From Candidatus Doudnabacteria bacterium (GTDB taxonomy: Bacteria; Patescibacteriota; Doudnabacteria; UBA920; 2-01-FULL-46-14), in NCBI GenBank assembly GCA_041497195.1, contig JBGQGB010000002.1:172140-236139 (forward strand): a stretch of 64,000 nt of DNA, in the 5' to 3' direction. Made by a program: the position numbers and the translations under genes. Shown here piece by piece: positions 48,398 through 58,032 of this stretch (position 1 is the stretch's first letter; each line of letters opens with the position of its first letter). The notes below the pieces were generated by a model. It searched no databases. It was not told where the DNA came from and saw nothing but the letters and a program-made list of their open reading frames with translations.

Positions 48398-49813
48398 ATG
48401 ACACAAGTAAAAGTCAGATTTGCTCCGTCTCCCACGGGATTTTTGCATATCGGCGGCTTGCGGACTGCTCTGTTCAATTTTCTGTTTGCGCGCAAAAACC
48501 AGGGCAAGTTTATGTTGCGCATCGAAGACACGGATAAAGCCCGCGAGGTTGACGGTGCGGTCGAAAATATTGAAACCACGCTAAAAACTTTCGCTTTACG
48601 ATACGATGAAGGGCCGGTTTTTCAATCTCAGAGGCTTCAAATTTATCAAGAACACATCCAAATCTTGATCGACAAAGGCGCGGCTTACCGATGCTACTGC
48701 ACCAACGAACGCATCGCCGAACTCAAAAAACAAGCTGAGCTTCTCAAACAGCCGTTTCGTTATGACAAATATTGCCTCAAGAACCCTGGTCAGACTGGCA
48801 AAAGCTACGTGGTCAGGCAAAACATTCCCGAAGAAGGTATCACGGTCTTCACTGATGAAGTGTATGGGGAAATAAAAGTCGAAAATAGGCTTCTCGACGA
48901 CGGAGTGCTCATGAAAACCGATGGGTATCCGGTTTATAACTTTGCTAACGTGGTGGACGACCACCTCATGCGGATCACGCACGTGATACGGGGGGAGGAA
49001 TTTATTTCTTCGACTCCGAAGCACGTACTTTTGTACGAAGCGTTTGGTTGGAATCTGCCGCAGTTTGTTCACTTGCCCCTCTTGCTCGACAATAAACGGC
49101 AGAAACTCTCCAAACGATCCGGCGACGTGGCAGTGAATGAATATCTGGAAAAAGGCTACCTGCCGGAAGCAATCCTAAACTTCATCGCTTTCTTGGGCTG
49201 GAATCCAAAAAACGAACAAGAAATTTTTTCCCTTGAAGAATTGATCGAAGCTTTTGACCTGAAAAAAATCAACAAAGCCGGTGCCGTATTCGATGTCGAA
49301 AAACTCAACTGGTTCAACGCCCAATATATCCAAAAAATCCCAATCACCAAACTCGCTGAACTCGCTGGTCCTCATTTCGGTCGGGATGTTTCCAACTATC
49401 CGAAAATGTTCCTTCAACAAATCGTGCAAATTGAAAAAGAGAGATTGACAGTATTAACTGAGATAGGGGAGAGGACAATGTATTTTTTTGACAATCCCGA
49501 ATATGAAACGGCTTTGTTGCAATGGAAACAAATGACTGAAGAAGAACTTAAAAGGTCTGTTCAGATATCTCAAAAGCTTATAGAGCAAGTCCCGCTCGAT
49601 GCTCAGAAAGAACAAATCCAAGCAGCGTTTTTTGATTCGATCGGCGAAAAAGACAAAGGCAGCCTCCTGTGGCCTTTGCGCGTGGCCCTGACTGGGCTCA
49701 AAGCATCACCAGGGCCTTTTGAAATCATTGAAGCTTTCTTCAAACTTACCGACGGCAAGCAAATATTGCAAAAACGGCTCCAAACAGCGCTTGAAAAACT
49801 CGACCAAGTATGA
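48398..49813 (+). CDS. gltX: Glutamate-tRNA ligase
   Basis: RFAPSPTGFLHIGG, LRIEDTD, THVIRGEE, KLSKR. Confidence 0.97.
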   Translation: MTQVKVRFAPSPTGFLHIGGLRTALFNFLFARKNQGKFMLRIEDTDKAREVDGAVENIETTLKTFALRYDEGPVFQSQRLQIYQEHIQILIDKGAAYRCYCTNERIAELKKQAELLKQPFRYDKYCLKNPGQTGKSYVVRQNIPEEGITVFTDEVYGEIKVENRLLDDGVLMKTDGYPVYNFANVVDDHLMRITHVIRGEEFISSTPKHVLLYEAFGWNLPQFVHLPLLLDNKRQKLSKRSGDVAVNEYLEKGYLPEAILNFIAFLGWNPKNEQEIFSLEELIEAFDLKKINKAGAVFDVEKLNWFNAQYIQKIPITKLAELAGPHFGRDVSNYPKMFLQQIVQIEKERLTVLTEIGERTMYFFDNPEYETALLQWKQMTEEELKRSVQISQKLIEQVPLDAQKEQIQAAFFDSIGEKDKGSLLWPLRVALTGLKASPGPFEIIEAFFKLTDGKQILQKRLQTALEKLDQV

Positions 49814-49829
49814 TATAATCTCCGCACCG

Positions 49830-51131
49830 ATGAGCTTCCAGAAACAAAAACAAAATACCAATTTAATAAGCAGGGGACTCGTAGCGGCAATTCTTTTGTC
49901 GCTTATTTGCGGCTCCAGCTCAGCCCAAACGTCAGTAGGTGATCTGCAAAACAGCATTAGCCAGAAACAGCAACAGCTCGACCACATCACGAACCAAATT
50001 CAAGATTTGCAAAACCAGATAAATAAACAGCAAAAACAAGCAGCGAGCCTAAAGAACGAAATTTCTCTGTACGATCTCCATATTCAGGAAACCCAGCAGC
50101 AAATCGCGGCAGTACAAATTCAGATCGATCAATCATCGGCCCAAATTTTACAAACCCAAATAGAGATCCAGCATAAACAAGACGACATAGACAAACAAAA
50201 AGTTTTTCTGGCCGAGACGCTGCGACTAATCAACGAATATGACGGAGTCAGCCCTCTGGAATTAGTACTCAAAAACGACACCTTTTCCCAATTTCTGGAC
50301 CAGGTCCAATATGCGGGGGATTTGCAGGCCAAAACGCAAACACTCCTGGATACGATTAAAAAACTGCAAACCGAACTGCAGCAGAAACGAACAAACCTGC
50401 AAACCCAGCTTGCTAGCCAACAGCGACTCAAAGACGAGCTGGTCCAATCGCAAAATTCCCTGGCGCAACAAAGGACCGACAAGCAATATTTATTGAACAA
50501 AACCAAGGGTCAACAAAAAATTTACCAATCCTTGTTGACAGATGCGTCGCAAAAACAACAGCAGGTCGAACAAGAGATTTACCAACTGGACCAATCAGTC
50601 CGGCAGCAACTCGGGCAAAAAGCGTTGCCGCCGTTCCAAGGCGTTTTGCAATGGCCCATGTCAGGCATCATCAGCCAAGGCTATGGCAATACAGGTTTTA
50701 CCGCCCTGGGCTACAATTTTCACAATGGCATCGATATCGCAGCCCCGGCTGGTACGCCCATCTATGCGGCAGCAACCGGGGTCGTGTACGCTACCGGTAC
50801 TGGCCAAACTGCTTACGGCAATTGGGTCGTAATCAAACATACCCTTACAAAAGACGGAAAAATTTATAACATTTATACTCTGTACGGGCATATGCAAAAA
50901 TTTGTGGTGACGCCTGGACAAACAGCCCACGGAACCGACGTGATTGGATATGAAGGTAATACAGGCAATACGACCAGGCTTTTATACGGGCCGGAGCGCG
51001 GCTATCATTTGCATTTCACCATATTTGATGAAGACGGCTTTGGGATAAGAGAAGGTGCGAATGAAAGTATCTATGGGCCGTACCAAATTCCCTATGGATA
51101 TACTTACAATCCATTGGATTTCTTAAAGTAG
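49830..51131 (+). CDS. Secreted coiled-coil M23 peptidase (EnvC/PcsB-like architecture)
   Basis: Signal peptide, long Gln-rich coiled coil, intact HNGID and HLH metal motifs. Confidence 0.88.
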   Translation: MSFQKQKQNTNLISRGLVAAILLSLICGSSSAQTSVGDLQNSISQKQQQLDHITNQIQDLQNQINKQQKQAASLKNEISLYDLHIQETQQQIAAVQIQIDQSSAQILQTQIEIQHKQDDIDKQKVFLAETLRLINEYDGVSPLELVLKNDTFSQFLDQVQYAGDLQAKTQTLLDTIKKLQTELQQKRTNLQTQLASQQRLKDELVQSQNSLAQQRTDKQYLLNKTKGQQKIYQSLLTDASQKQQQVEQEIYQLDQSVRQQLGQKALPPFQGVLQWPMSGIISQGYGNTGFTALGYNFHNGIDIAAPAGTPIYAAATGVVYATGTGQTAYGNWVVIKHTLTKDGKIYNIYTLYGHMQKFVVTPGQTAHGTDVIGYEGNTGNTTRLLYGPERGYHLHFTIFDEDGFGIREGANESIYGPYQIPYGYTYNPLDFLK

Positions 51132-51395
51132 AGATTTGACATCAAGTCAATAAATCAGGCTGGTAGTGAACCACTAAAATACGAAAAAAAAGCCGGCCCA
51201 AGTAATTCAGGTGGGGACAAAAAAAGTTAAAAAAATTTCTGCTATAAGCTTCTGACCAGCACTTTAGGGGGATAAAGCAAGACATAATGCATAGGCTTGG
51301 AATGCTAAATTATGGAATAGACGTCGTAAAAGGTATATTGTGCGACGCGACATAGCAAACGATCAGTCTTCTCCCCTCCAAAGCGAACTCTATCC

Positions 51396-51432
51396 AAACC
51401 AAAAACCCCGCCATAGGCGGGGTTTTTGGTTT
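51396..51432. terminator. Perfect bidirectional terminator
   Basis: AAACCAAAAACCCCGCC-ATA-GGCGGGGTTTTTGGTTT. Confidence 0.85.
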
Positions 51433-52466
51433 TAAGCAAACAACTTGGCGAAGCTCCTCTTGGCTCTTTTTTTCCAATGCCCAGTCTTGTAAGCGTGGGC
51501 TGCGAGCACAGGAAGAGCGAGGGTCGCTTCAGCATAGACCATTTGCTCGTAGACAGTACTGACCTTGCCCCAAGAACTAGCTTCTTTGAGAGTTGAGGAT
51601 GAGCAGGCGCCGTCTCTGACGTCTGCGACAGTGATCTGAATCGCGTATTTATGGACCGACGCATTAAAACCCAAAACCTCGGCCGCCACCACGGTGTCCT
51701 GGGCAAAATTCTTCGGCACTCCCCCGCCGATCATGAGGAGCCCGCTGTCTTTGCTGGCAATTTTAATTTTCGTTAACTCCAAAAAATCCTTCACGGAATC
51801 AATGCTTACATGCTCATCGGGATTCTTCCACTGATGTAGCACCAGCCCGAACCCTGCTGAAGAGTCTGAAAAAGCCGGACAGAAAATTGGGACGTTGTGC
51901 TCATACGCCGTCTGCACCAATGAATTCTTCTTCTTGGAATGTTTGACCAGGTACTTTCCCATCTGGGCTATGAATTCACGGGAGGAATAAGCGCGCGGCT
52001 CCATCTCATCAGCCAGCTTGCAAATCGTCTTGTCGCATTCCTGGAGCTGGTCCTCGTCTATAAACGTATCGTATATCCGGTCAATGTACATGCTCCGCAA
52101 CAGCCCGTCGTCAACATTCGGCGTGCCTCGATAATGCCGAAATCCCAAAGCTTCAAAAAAATCCATGTCAACAATGGAGGCTCCGGTCGCCACAATTACG
52201 TCTATCATATTGTTTTTGACCATGTCCACATAGATCTGCATGCAGCCGGCAGCGCTGGTGGATCCGGCCAGAGTGAGCCAGGCTGACGAATTTTTGTCAG
52301 CGAGCATCCGGTTGTATATTTCCGCTCCTCGGGCCAAATCCCGGGAAGAAAAAGACATCTTCCCATAGGCTTTCACTAATCGCTCCACATCCAGGGTCTT
52401 GATGTCTATATGTTCTATGGGTTGACTCAATAGTCTCCGCTTTTCGCGCTTCAAACTCGATTTCAT
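51432..52466 (-). CDS. Deoxyhypusine synthase-like protein (SpeY/homospermidine-forming type possible)
   Basis: IDRIYDT, PIFCPAFSDSS, IGGGVPKNF, DGACSSSTLKEASSWGK with the catalytic Lys. Confidence 0.9.
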   Translation of the reverse strand: MKSSLKREKRRLLSQPIEHIDIKTLDVERLVKAYGKMSFSSRDLARGAEIYNRMLADKNSSAWLTLAGSTSAAGCMQIYVDMVKNNMIDVIVATGASIVDMDFFEALGFRHYRGTPNVDDGLLRSMYIDRIYDTFIDEDQLQECDKTICKLADEMEPRAYSSREFIAQMGKYLVKHSKKKNSLVQTAYEHNVPIFCPAFSDSSAGFGLVLHQWKNPDEHVSIDSVKDFLELTKIKIASKDSGLLMIGGGVPKNFAQDTVVAAEVLGFNASVHKYAIQITVADVRDGACSSSTLKEASSWGKVSTVYEQMVYAEATLALPVLAAHAYKTGHWKKRAKRSFAKLFA

Positions 52467-52470
52467 ATAT

Positions 52471-53292
52471 TTATTTATTCAAAAATTTAAAACTTATTAA
52501 CTTAAAAACCAGCTTCGCGACCAAAAAATCATACCCCGGCATACCTCTTATGGGCGCCAGTTCCACAAAATCAGCGCCGACGAGGTTTTTTCGCTTAGCC
52601 ACCGTACTCATGAGTTCGAGAGCCTGCGCGTACGACAGTCCGCCTGGCTCCGGCGTCCCGGTCGCGGGCATGATAGAAAGATCGAGCCCGTCCACGTCAA
52701 AAGTCAAATAGACGTCCTCACTCAGTCGGCTCATAACTTTATCCAAATCATACCGATCTCCCCAAAAAATATTGTCCGGGTTGAGATGCCACTGCTCTTC
52801 TTTGGCGGTATTGCGAATGCCGACCTGAACGATTTTCTCTATCCCCTGCTCCTGGACTCGCCGCATGGCGCAAGCGTGCGAATTTTTCGAACCTTCCCAT
52901 TCGTCCCTCATATCCGTGTGCGCATCAATCTGCAAAACCGAAAGGTTTTTGTACTTTTCGATGTAAGGCTTGATCAGCGCTGGGGTTATCGAATGTTCCC
53001 CGCCGAGAGTAATCAAAAACCTGTCAAAATATCTTCTGGCCGTTTCGGCAATCGCCTCTCTGCTGCCGCTGACCTCTGGCAGAGTCGCGATCTTTACCAG
53101 GTTTTGCAGTTCATCCCCCAATTCCGGCTCAAAAAGTTCAACTTGCTGCGAAGCAGCGAGTATAGCGCGGGGTCCGTGCTTTGTGCCTTGTCCGTAAGAC
53201 GTGGTTTCCTCAAAAGGGGCAGGTAAAATCAAGACTTGGCCTTCCTCAGGGTCTATTTCCGGTATTCCCAGAAAATTAAAAATCGCGTCCAT
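52471..53292 (-). CDS. speB: Agmatinase-family ureohydrolase
   Basis: TTSYGQGTKHGP, GGEHS, DAHTD, TFDVDGLD, GTPEPGG. Confidence 0.9.
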   Translation of the reverse strand: MDAIFNFLGIPEIDPEEGQVLILPAPFEETTSYGQGTKHGPRAILAASQQVELFEPELGDELQNLVKIATLPEVSGSREAIAETARRYFDRFLITLGGEHSITPALIKPYIEKYKNLSVLQIDAHTDMRDEWEGSKNSHACAMRRVQEQGIEKIVQVGIRNTAKEEQWHLNPDNIFWGDRYDLDKVMSRLSEDVYLTFDVDGLDLSIMPATGTPEPGGLSYAQALELMSTVAKRKNLVGADFVELAPIRGMPGYDFLVAKLVFKLISFKFLNK

Positions 53293-53299
53293 TTTTCGA

Positions 53300-53328
53300 A
53301 TGGTAAGGTTTCAAAAAACTTTTGTCAA
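53300..53328 (-). promoter_or_regulatory. Promoter of the speB-DHS operon, leaderless geometry
   Basis: TTGACA-N17-TACCAT-N7-ATG. Confidence 0.7.
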
Positions 53329-53329
53329 T

Positions 53330-53692
53330 TTATTTGCGCCCCCAGGGACGCCACGCAAAAAACGTTTTGAGATAGCGGCGCATCCGGCGGTCCGTGCTGC
53401 GCTGCTGGCCTTTGAACTTTTCGATTTGTTCACGAAGCTTGGGCACAACCCCGTCGATTGCCGCATACAGATCGGGGTCAGTACTTTCCGCTCTCATTAC
53501 CAGCTTCTGTGGGACATCTAAATTGACTTCACAGGCAAAAAAACCGCTGTGGTGATGGGTAGAGGCGACCAAATCAACCCTGGCTTCCAATATCTCATCC
53601 CAATAATGCTCCAAATGGCCGATTTTTTCCTCAACATAGCTTCTGAGCGCGTCTGTAACGTCGAGATGATTGCCGCGAATTAAAATTTTCAT
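53330..53692 (-). CDS. hpf: Ribosome hibernation promoting factor (short HPF/RaiA)
   Basis: IRGNHLDVTDALRSYVEEKI, DLYAAID..KLREQIEKFK. Confidence 0.9.
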   Translation of the reverse strand: MKILIRGNHLDVTDALRSYVEEKIGHLEHYWDEILEARVDLVASTHHHSGFFACEVNLDVPQKLVMRAESTDPDLYAAIDGVVPKLREQIEKFKGQQRSTDRRMRRYLKTFFAWRPWGRK

Positions 53693-53696
53693 AAAA

Positions 53697-54623
53697 CTAG
53701 AAGCCTAAATATTGAACCTCTTCTTCAATTGTAACGCCAAATCTGTTTTTGACAAGTTTTTTTAGCTTCTTCGCCAATCTCTGGACGTCCGCCGCCCGGC
53801 CCCGCCCTGGGTTGTAAATCAGATTCGCGTGGTGAGCAGCCACCAGAATCTGTCCCTGTTTCATGCCCCTAGCCCCGACTCGGTCCAAAAGTCTCCCGGC
53901 TGGGACCTTGCCATACATTACGTCATCCGCGGCTAGCCTCCGCACAAACGCCTTTCGTTTGCCAGCAGGTCGAAGGTCGGCAAGTTTTATGTTTTTGAAA
54001 AAACTGCCCGGGCAGCGCATGCCTGGCGGATACTTTTTCGCCCGCAGCTTGATGATGTCTTTAGATGTTTCCAGAAGCCTTTCCCTATCCCCTTTCGTAA
54101 CCTGCAATACAACCTCGGTGATGGTCCAATTCTTATTTCTTTTAAAAACACTATCACGATAACCAAAACGGCACTGCTTACGAGACAAATTGCGAAATTT
54201 ATGACCGTCAAAGTATCTGACCCGAACGATCAAACTTTTTATCTCGGAGCCATAAGCACCCGCGGAACCATACACCGCGCCCCCGACCGTTCCTGGTATG
54301 CCGGCCATTTTTTCCAGACCCGCCCAGCCAAGTTTATCGAGCTTAAATATTAATTTCAAAAGGTTGTTGCCGGCGCCTACAGTCACCACGGTTGCCTTAC
54401 GGGCAAACTTCTCGATTCGATTACTAATCACCACACCAGGGTAGCCTCTGTCCGAGACTATCAAATTGGACCCCTCCCCGACAACGTAGCTGGGCAATTT
54501 CCAATCACGGGCTTTTTTGACGGCTTCTGCCAACTCTGGCTCTGACCTCACAGACACAAAATACCTGGCTGGCCCGCCCATGCGCATGGTTGTAAAATTT
54601 TTGAGGAGGAAATCACGTTTCAT
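53697..54623 (-). CDS. murB: UDP-N-acetylenolpyruvoylglucosamine reductase
   Basis: TTMRMGGPA, GEGSNL, GIPGTVGGA, FGYRDSVFK, GSFFKN, HANLI. Confidence 0.95.
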   Translation of the reverse strand: MKRDFLLKNFTTMRMGGPARYFVSVRSEPELAEAVKKARDWKLPSYVVGEGSNLIVSDRGYPGVVISNRIEKFARKATVVTVGAGNNLLKLIFKLDKLGWAGLEKMAGIPGTVGGAVYGSAGAYGSEIKSLIVRVRYFDGHKFRNLSRKQCRFGYRDSVFKRNKNWTITEVVLQVTKGDRERLLETSKDIIKLRAKKYPPGMRCPGSFFKNIKLADLRPAGKRKAFVRRLAADDVMYGKVPAGRLLDRVGARGMKQGQILVAAHHANLIYNPGRGRAADVQRLAKKLKKLVKNRFGVTIEEEVQYLGF

Positions 54624-55159
54624 ATTTTTTTCAATTGATAGACCCACCCAGGCTGCCACTGCCAGGGGGCAGCAATCGCTTCTTGCAAAGTCTTTTTGTT
54701 TATAAAACACTCCAAGGCGTACTGAGTAGCGCGGTGACCGATTATGAGCACGGTTTTGCCAGAATAGTCACGCGACAACTGATCCAAAAAAATTTTCATC
54801 CTCGCGTTGGTTTGTTCATAGCTTTCGCCATTTGGAAACGGGTCTTTGATATGTTCGCCGCGATAAGGGACCACTTCATCGTCTGGGCGATGATTGAAAT
54901 CGCCATAGTTACATTCCCGAATCCTCATGTCTCGAATTATCGGCGTACTCCGTTCGGCAAAGGCGATGTCAGCGGTTTCGTAAGCCCGACGTAAATCAGA
55001 ACAAAACACCGCGCCCAACTCTCTACCCTCGTATCTCGAGCCTAGTTCCCGCGCCTGCTTTTTGCCAAGCGACGAAAGCTCGGCGTCATAGTGGCCTGAT
55101 GACCGGTTCGCTTCGTTATCTACACTCGTCCCGTGTGCTTCGAAAAAAATCGTTACCAT
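54620..55159 (-). CDS. Histidine phosphatase superfamily protein (AHG instead of RHG)
   Basis: EAHGTS, LSSLGKKQA, SDLRRAYETA, RECNYG, GES, IGH. Confidence 0.82.
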   Translation of the reverse strand: MVTIFFEAHGTSVDNEANRSSGHYDAELSSLGKKQARELGSRYEGRELGAVFCSDLRRAYETADIAFAERSTPIIRDMRIRECNYGDFNHRPDDEVVPYRGEHIKDPFPNGESYEQTNARMKIFLDQLSRDYSGKTVLIIGHRATQYALECFINKKTLQEAIAAPWQWQPGWVYQLKKI

Positions 55160-55162
55160 ATT

Positions 55163-55708
55163 TTAGCTGAATCTCATATCATACCAGTTTAGACCATATT
55201 TCTTCTGAATCAAGACCCTTTCTCCTTCAGCGCTTGTTTCATACTTGCTCAAATCAAAAAGATTGATGGCCTCTTGAATGTGTTCTTCATCGCGGCCTTC
55301 GATCTCCAGATAAACCGGCATCCCCGGGTACTGGTCAAGGTCAAATCTCCAATCTTTGTAAACCCAGGAAGTGCGATCCTTGTCTTGATGAGCATAACGC
55401 TCCAAGCCGAGCGCTTCAAATAACAACGACGCCTTTCCCGGCTCCATGACTTCAAAATTAATCTCTTTGTGCTGACGGGAGGCGCCCAATTTGTCTGATT
55501 TGCCTTTCCAGGTTACTTCGGCCGGCCCGTCCGATCTTTTGCGTACGCGCAGAAACCACGGGTCTTCGCCCTCCTTGATGCCTCTTATCCGAAACCAGTC
55601 TACTGACAATCTGGCTTCCGTAACCTCGGTCGCACCCAACCGCGTAAGAGCATCAACCAACGAGGTTTTGTCGATATTTAAAACTTTTGTCTCAACTTCT
55701 TGCGCCAT
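55163..55708 (-). CDS. CYTH-domain (class IV adenylyl cyclase/triphosphate tunnel) protein
   Basis: EVETK (ExExK), LRVR, TWKG, KDRTSW, FDLD, YLEIEG. Confidence 0.85.
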   Translation of the reverse strand: MAQEVETKVLNIDKTSLVDALTRLGATEVTEARLSVDWFRIRGIKEGEDPWFLRVRKRSDGPAEVTWKGKSDKLGASRQHKEINFEVMEPGKASLLFEALGLERYAHQDKDRTSWVYKDWRFDLDQYPGMPVYLEIEGRDEEHIQEAINLFDLSKYETSAEGERVLIQKKYGLNWYDMRFS

Positions 55709-55718
55709 TTGAGCCAGA

Positions 55719-57041
55719 TCAAGCGACTAAATTGTCCGCGACTTTGTAAATATCCCCTGCTCCCATAAAAATTACGGCTTTAAATCTCTTCAATTCCCGC
55801 CGCGCCAGTTTTTCCGCTGTCTCTAGGTCGGCGGCGAATTGAGCCCGTTTTCCGCAGGAGTTCAGTTCCCGGACCAGGTCCACTGAGCTGACATCCTGAT
55901 CTTCAGATTCCTCGCGCCCGGCGACATCGAAAATTTCCGCAATGATCATGTCGTTTACGCTACTTTGGCAGAGCGTTTCGACAAACTCTCCGAAAAGCTT
56001 TTTTGTCCTGCTGTGCTGGTGCGGCTGAAAAACCAAAAGAACTTTTTCAGCTCCGTAAATATTCGCTGCCGCCTCCAGTGTCACTCTAATCCCTGCTGGG
56101 TGATGGGCGTAGTCGGAGATAACATCCGTCTCCCCTACCTTACCGATTTTCTCAAACCGTCGCCAAGTCCCGCCAAAATTAGTCAAAGCTGAAATGATGA
56201 TGCTATTAGGGATGTTCAAGAGCTGCCCCACGGCAGCCGCCGCAAGAGCATTTTCTCGATTAAACTTGCCGGGTACGAGCAGAGACGGGAGCAAAAAGTT
56301 TTTTTCGTTCACGTGGGCCGGTTTGTCGATCGCAAAACCGATTTTTTTTACAGGCGCGTAGGCGGCGATATCTTGTGAATTTTCGTCTGCGGAATTATAA
56401 ACCAGGCTTCCGCCCGGCTTGATCTGCTCGACAAACTGTCGAAAAGCGTCTTTGACGTCCGCCAAATCCTTGTAATAGTCCAGGTGGTCTGATTGAACGT
56501 TTGTGACCACTGCGATGTCGGGATGATATTGCAAAAAGGCCCGTTTGTACTCATCCGCCTCCAGAACGAAATACTTTCCCTGCCCGAAACGAGCGTTCGA
56601 GTGCCAGGCCAAAATTTCACTGCCGACTACCACGGTCGGATCGAGCTCAGCCGCTTCAAGTATCGCTGCAATCATTGCAGTGGTCGTGGTTTTGCCATTT
56701 GTTCCCGCCACAGCGATGACGTTTTTATCCTTGGCCAATTCACCCAGCGCTTTGGCATAAGATAGCTCCGGAATTTTGGTTTTTCTAGCCCTGCTTCGTT
56801 CCGGGTTGTCCTCAGGAATGGCCTGGGAATAGACCAAAAGTTGAACACCCTCCGCGAGATTGCTTTGATTGTGCCCGATGGCCACTGGTATTCCTTCACT
56901 GACGAGTTTTTCAGTTATTTCTGAAGGCGTGATGTCTGATCCGGAAACTTCACACCCCTTCGCTTTGAGAATCCTGCCGAGCGCGGAAACTCCAATGCCA
57001 CCGATACCCACGAAAAAAATTTTCGCTCCTGGTTCAAACAT
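55719..57041 (-). CDS. murC: UDP-N-acetylmuramate--L-alanine ligase
   Basis: GIGGIGVS, AGTNGKTTT, EADE, DHLDYY, DYAHHP, FQPHQHSRT. Confidence 0.95.
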   Translation of the reverse strand: MFEPGAKIFFVGIGGIGVSALGRILKAKGCEVSGSDITPSEITEKLVSEGIPVAIGHNQSNLAEGVQLLVYSQAIPEDNPERSRARKTKIPELSYAKALGELAKDKNVIAVAGTNGKTTTTAMIAAILEAAELDPTVVVGSEILAWHSNARFGQGKYFVLEADEYKRAFLQYHPDIAVVTNVQSDHLDYYKDLADVKDAFRQFVEQIKPGGSLVYNSADENSQDIAAYAPVKKIGFAIDKPAHVNEKNFLLPSLLVPGKFNRENALAAAAVGQLLNIPNSIIISALTNFGGTWRRFEKIGKVGETDVISDYAHHPAGIRVTLEAAANIYGAEKVLLVFQPHQHSRTKKLFGEFVETLCQSSVNDMIIAEIFDVAGREESEDQDVSSVDLVRELNSCGKRAQFAADLETAEKLARRELKRFKAVIFMGAGDIYKVADNLVA

Positions 57042-58032
57042 GTTGCAAATTTAATCGACCAGGCTGCTTCGCCCGCCATTCGTAATCGCTGATAAGCTTT
57101 TTAATTGCCGGGATCGCTTCTCGGGTCACCCGGCGGCCTTCCTCAAGCATTTCCGCAGCACTTTCCATGTCAGTTTTTCCCAAATGTTTAACCTGCGGGG
57201 ATAAAAGGAAGTCACAGTCCACTAGAAAATCCTTGCGTTTTTCGCTTTGGGCCAGAGAAATATCGATCGCCTTGCCGAGAATAGAAAACATCCCCGGGCC
57301 AGGCTGCTCGGTTTCCTCGAAAGTATCGGACTGGTTGTAGTAAATAAAATCGACCGATTTTGTGAACAACTGATCAAAAAATTCATGAATACTCGCATAT
57401 AGCCTGAACGGCAAACTACGCTTGAAAAAATTGTAACCTTTACGCATATGATAAAAACGTTTTTTGAACATATATCTGGTGGCTGCTATGTCAACTCCGA
57501 TCACAATATCAGCGCCCATCTTCCTAGCTTCCGCCGTCGGAATAATGCTGAAAAGGCCACCATCGATGAGCAAGCGGTTGCCCCACTCGACTGGTTCGAA
57601 AAGCCCGGGCACTGTGCAGCTGGCGCGGACGGCTTTGGCAATCTCGCCGAGAGAAAGCAATACCGGCTCGCCGGTGACTATGTCGGCGCAGACAAAACCT
57701 AGAGGCGGTTTGACGTCTTCGAAACGTCGATCTGCGAAATACTTACTAGCCCAAGCTTCGGCTTTCTCCGTCCCCAAAATGCCTTTCCCGTTTTTATTCA
57801 ACTCAAGCAAGGTCCAAAGAAAACCACGGTCCATGCGGAGCCAATCTTCCTTCAACCGCTCGATCGTTCCGCATGCGTAACTAGCCGCGATGAGAGCTCC
57901 GGAAGAACAAGCCGTAATATAATCGATTGGGATACTATTTTCACGCAAGACCTCCAAAACGCCAATGTGAGTGATGGCTCGTCCGGAACCTCCGGAAAGA
58001 GCCAGTCCGATAGTAGGTCGACCTGTTTTCAT
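57034..58032 (-). CDS. Patatin-like phospholipase
   Basis: LALSGGSGRA, ACSSG nucleophile elbow, ASCTVPG, DGG. Confidence 0.85.
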   Translation of the reverse strand: MKTGRPTIGLALSGGSGRAITHIGVLEVLRENSIPIDYITACSSGALIAASYACGTIERLKEDWLRMDRGFLWTLLELNKNGKGILGTEKAEAWASKYFADRRFEDVKPPLGFVCADIVTGEPVLLSLGEIAKAVRASCTVPGLFEPVEWGNRLLIDGGLFSIIPTAEARKMGADIVIGVDIAATRYMFKKRFYHMRKGYNFFKRSLPFRLYASIHEFFDQLFTKSVDFIYYNQSDTFEETEQPGPGMFSILGKAIDISLAQSEKRKDFLVDCDFLLSPQVKHLGKTDMESAAEMLEEGRRVTREAIPAIKKLISDYEWRAKQPGRLNLQHV

